Origin: Acinetobacter sp.
Lineage (GTDB): Bacteria > Pseudomonadota > Gammaproteobacteria > Pseudomonadales > Moraxellaceae
Assembly (NCBI RefSeq): GCF_041911495.1
Contig: NZ_JAYROT010000062.1
Span: 1,653 to 65,652 of the forward strand
Direction: 5' to 3'
DNA length: 64,000 nt
The notes below the pieces were generated by a model, which was not told where the DNA came from, ran no database searches, and saw only the letters and a program-made list of their open reading frames with translations. Of this stretch, positions 63,401 through 64,000 are shown in pieces. The position numbers and the translations under genes were made by a program. How positions within the stretch are numbered: the first letter of the stretch is position 1; every line of letters begins with the position of its first letter.

Positions 63401-63840
63401 ATTGAGGATTTTAGGAAGTAAGCATGTATCAATTATTTGGTAACTTCCTCAATATGAAAGCAAAAAGCAGATACTATTCTCATTCACGAATCGCAGAGGC
63501 ACGATTCAGGCAGACATATTCGAAAAAGGCAGTGATTCGAATGACTGTACGGATGAATATATTACACATATCATTCAGCGTTTGAAGCACAGACCAGGAA
63601 AAAGACTCTGTTTTAAAAGTCCCTGTTAGGTATTATCGCAAGAACATGGAGTTACACTTCAAATGCTAATCTAGGCAACTTTGTATGATGCAATTTTTAA
63701 CTTCTAGTGTTTACTAAATTAAACTTATCGTTTAACGTGCTTTTAACTTAATTTTTTTGTGTGAATGGAAAATCGTATATACGACAATCACATAAAATTA
63801 ATTTTTAAACTTATTAAAACCTAGGATTTAACTTACGACT

Positions 63841-64000
63841 ATGTCTAATTCTATTTTTACACATCATGATTTGAAGTTGTTGAATCCATCTTTTGATTCA
63901 AGTTTAGTCGATATCTTGACTGAATTAGAGCATTTAAGACGCTATCGTTTGGATGATGGTAGTACACCTACTTATATCTTTAATGAGTTACGAAATATTT
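63841..64000 (+). CDS. Probable Fic-family protein, N-terminal part (runs off the window)
   Basis: Manual translation [54 protein letters not shown], resembling a recalled Fic N-terminus ([18 protein letters not shown]); the catalytic motif is not in the window. Confidence 0.6.
   Translation, partial: MSNSIFTHHDLKLLNPSFDSSLVDILTELEHLRRYRLDDGSTPTYIFNELRNI

Noticed and set aside
63424-63660. Possible second decayed gene between the GNAT pseudogene and the Fic gene
   Set aside because: Open stretches of 50-60 codons exist in two frames, but I recognise no family; a tBLASTx search would be needed.

Overview
Origin-proximal 64 kb of an Acinetobacter-like (Moraxellaceae) chromosome. It contains the canonical mnmE-yidC-yidD-rnpA-rpmH / oriC / dnaA-dnaN-recF-gyrB block, four parS-like palindromes and mostly housekeeping genes (rph, dsbA, ubiG, tyrS, anmK, ribF-ileS-lspA-fkpB, hpt, thiC with a TPP riboswitch, nudF-cpdA, dksA-gluQRS, ftsW-murD, acs, mpl, rsmE, waaA, frameshifting prfB). 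A lipid/alkane block carries a desaturase plus reductase plus FabR/DesT-like TetR, and alkB. Accessory DNA comprises one intact IS30-family element, two different structured MITE-like elements, REP-like remnants, an AT-rich four-gene island (two unknown small proteins, a YqiA-type hydrolase, a PP2C phosphatase), an orphan lipoprotein, and a decayed GNAT gene plus the start of a Fic gene just after gyrB. The best candidate for an undescribed system is the 32.3-34.5 kb island. Other highlights are a His-to-Arg change in the desaturase third His box, tandem RAATTY palindromes around oriC, and a palindromic element translated in-frame at the gluQRS N-terminus. No CRISPR array, tRNA or rRNA was seen. 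Family assignments come from motifs and recall, not database searches.
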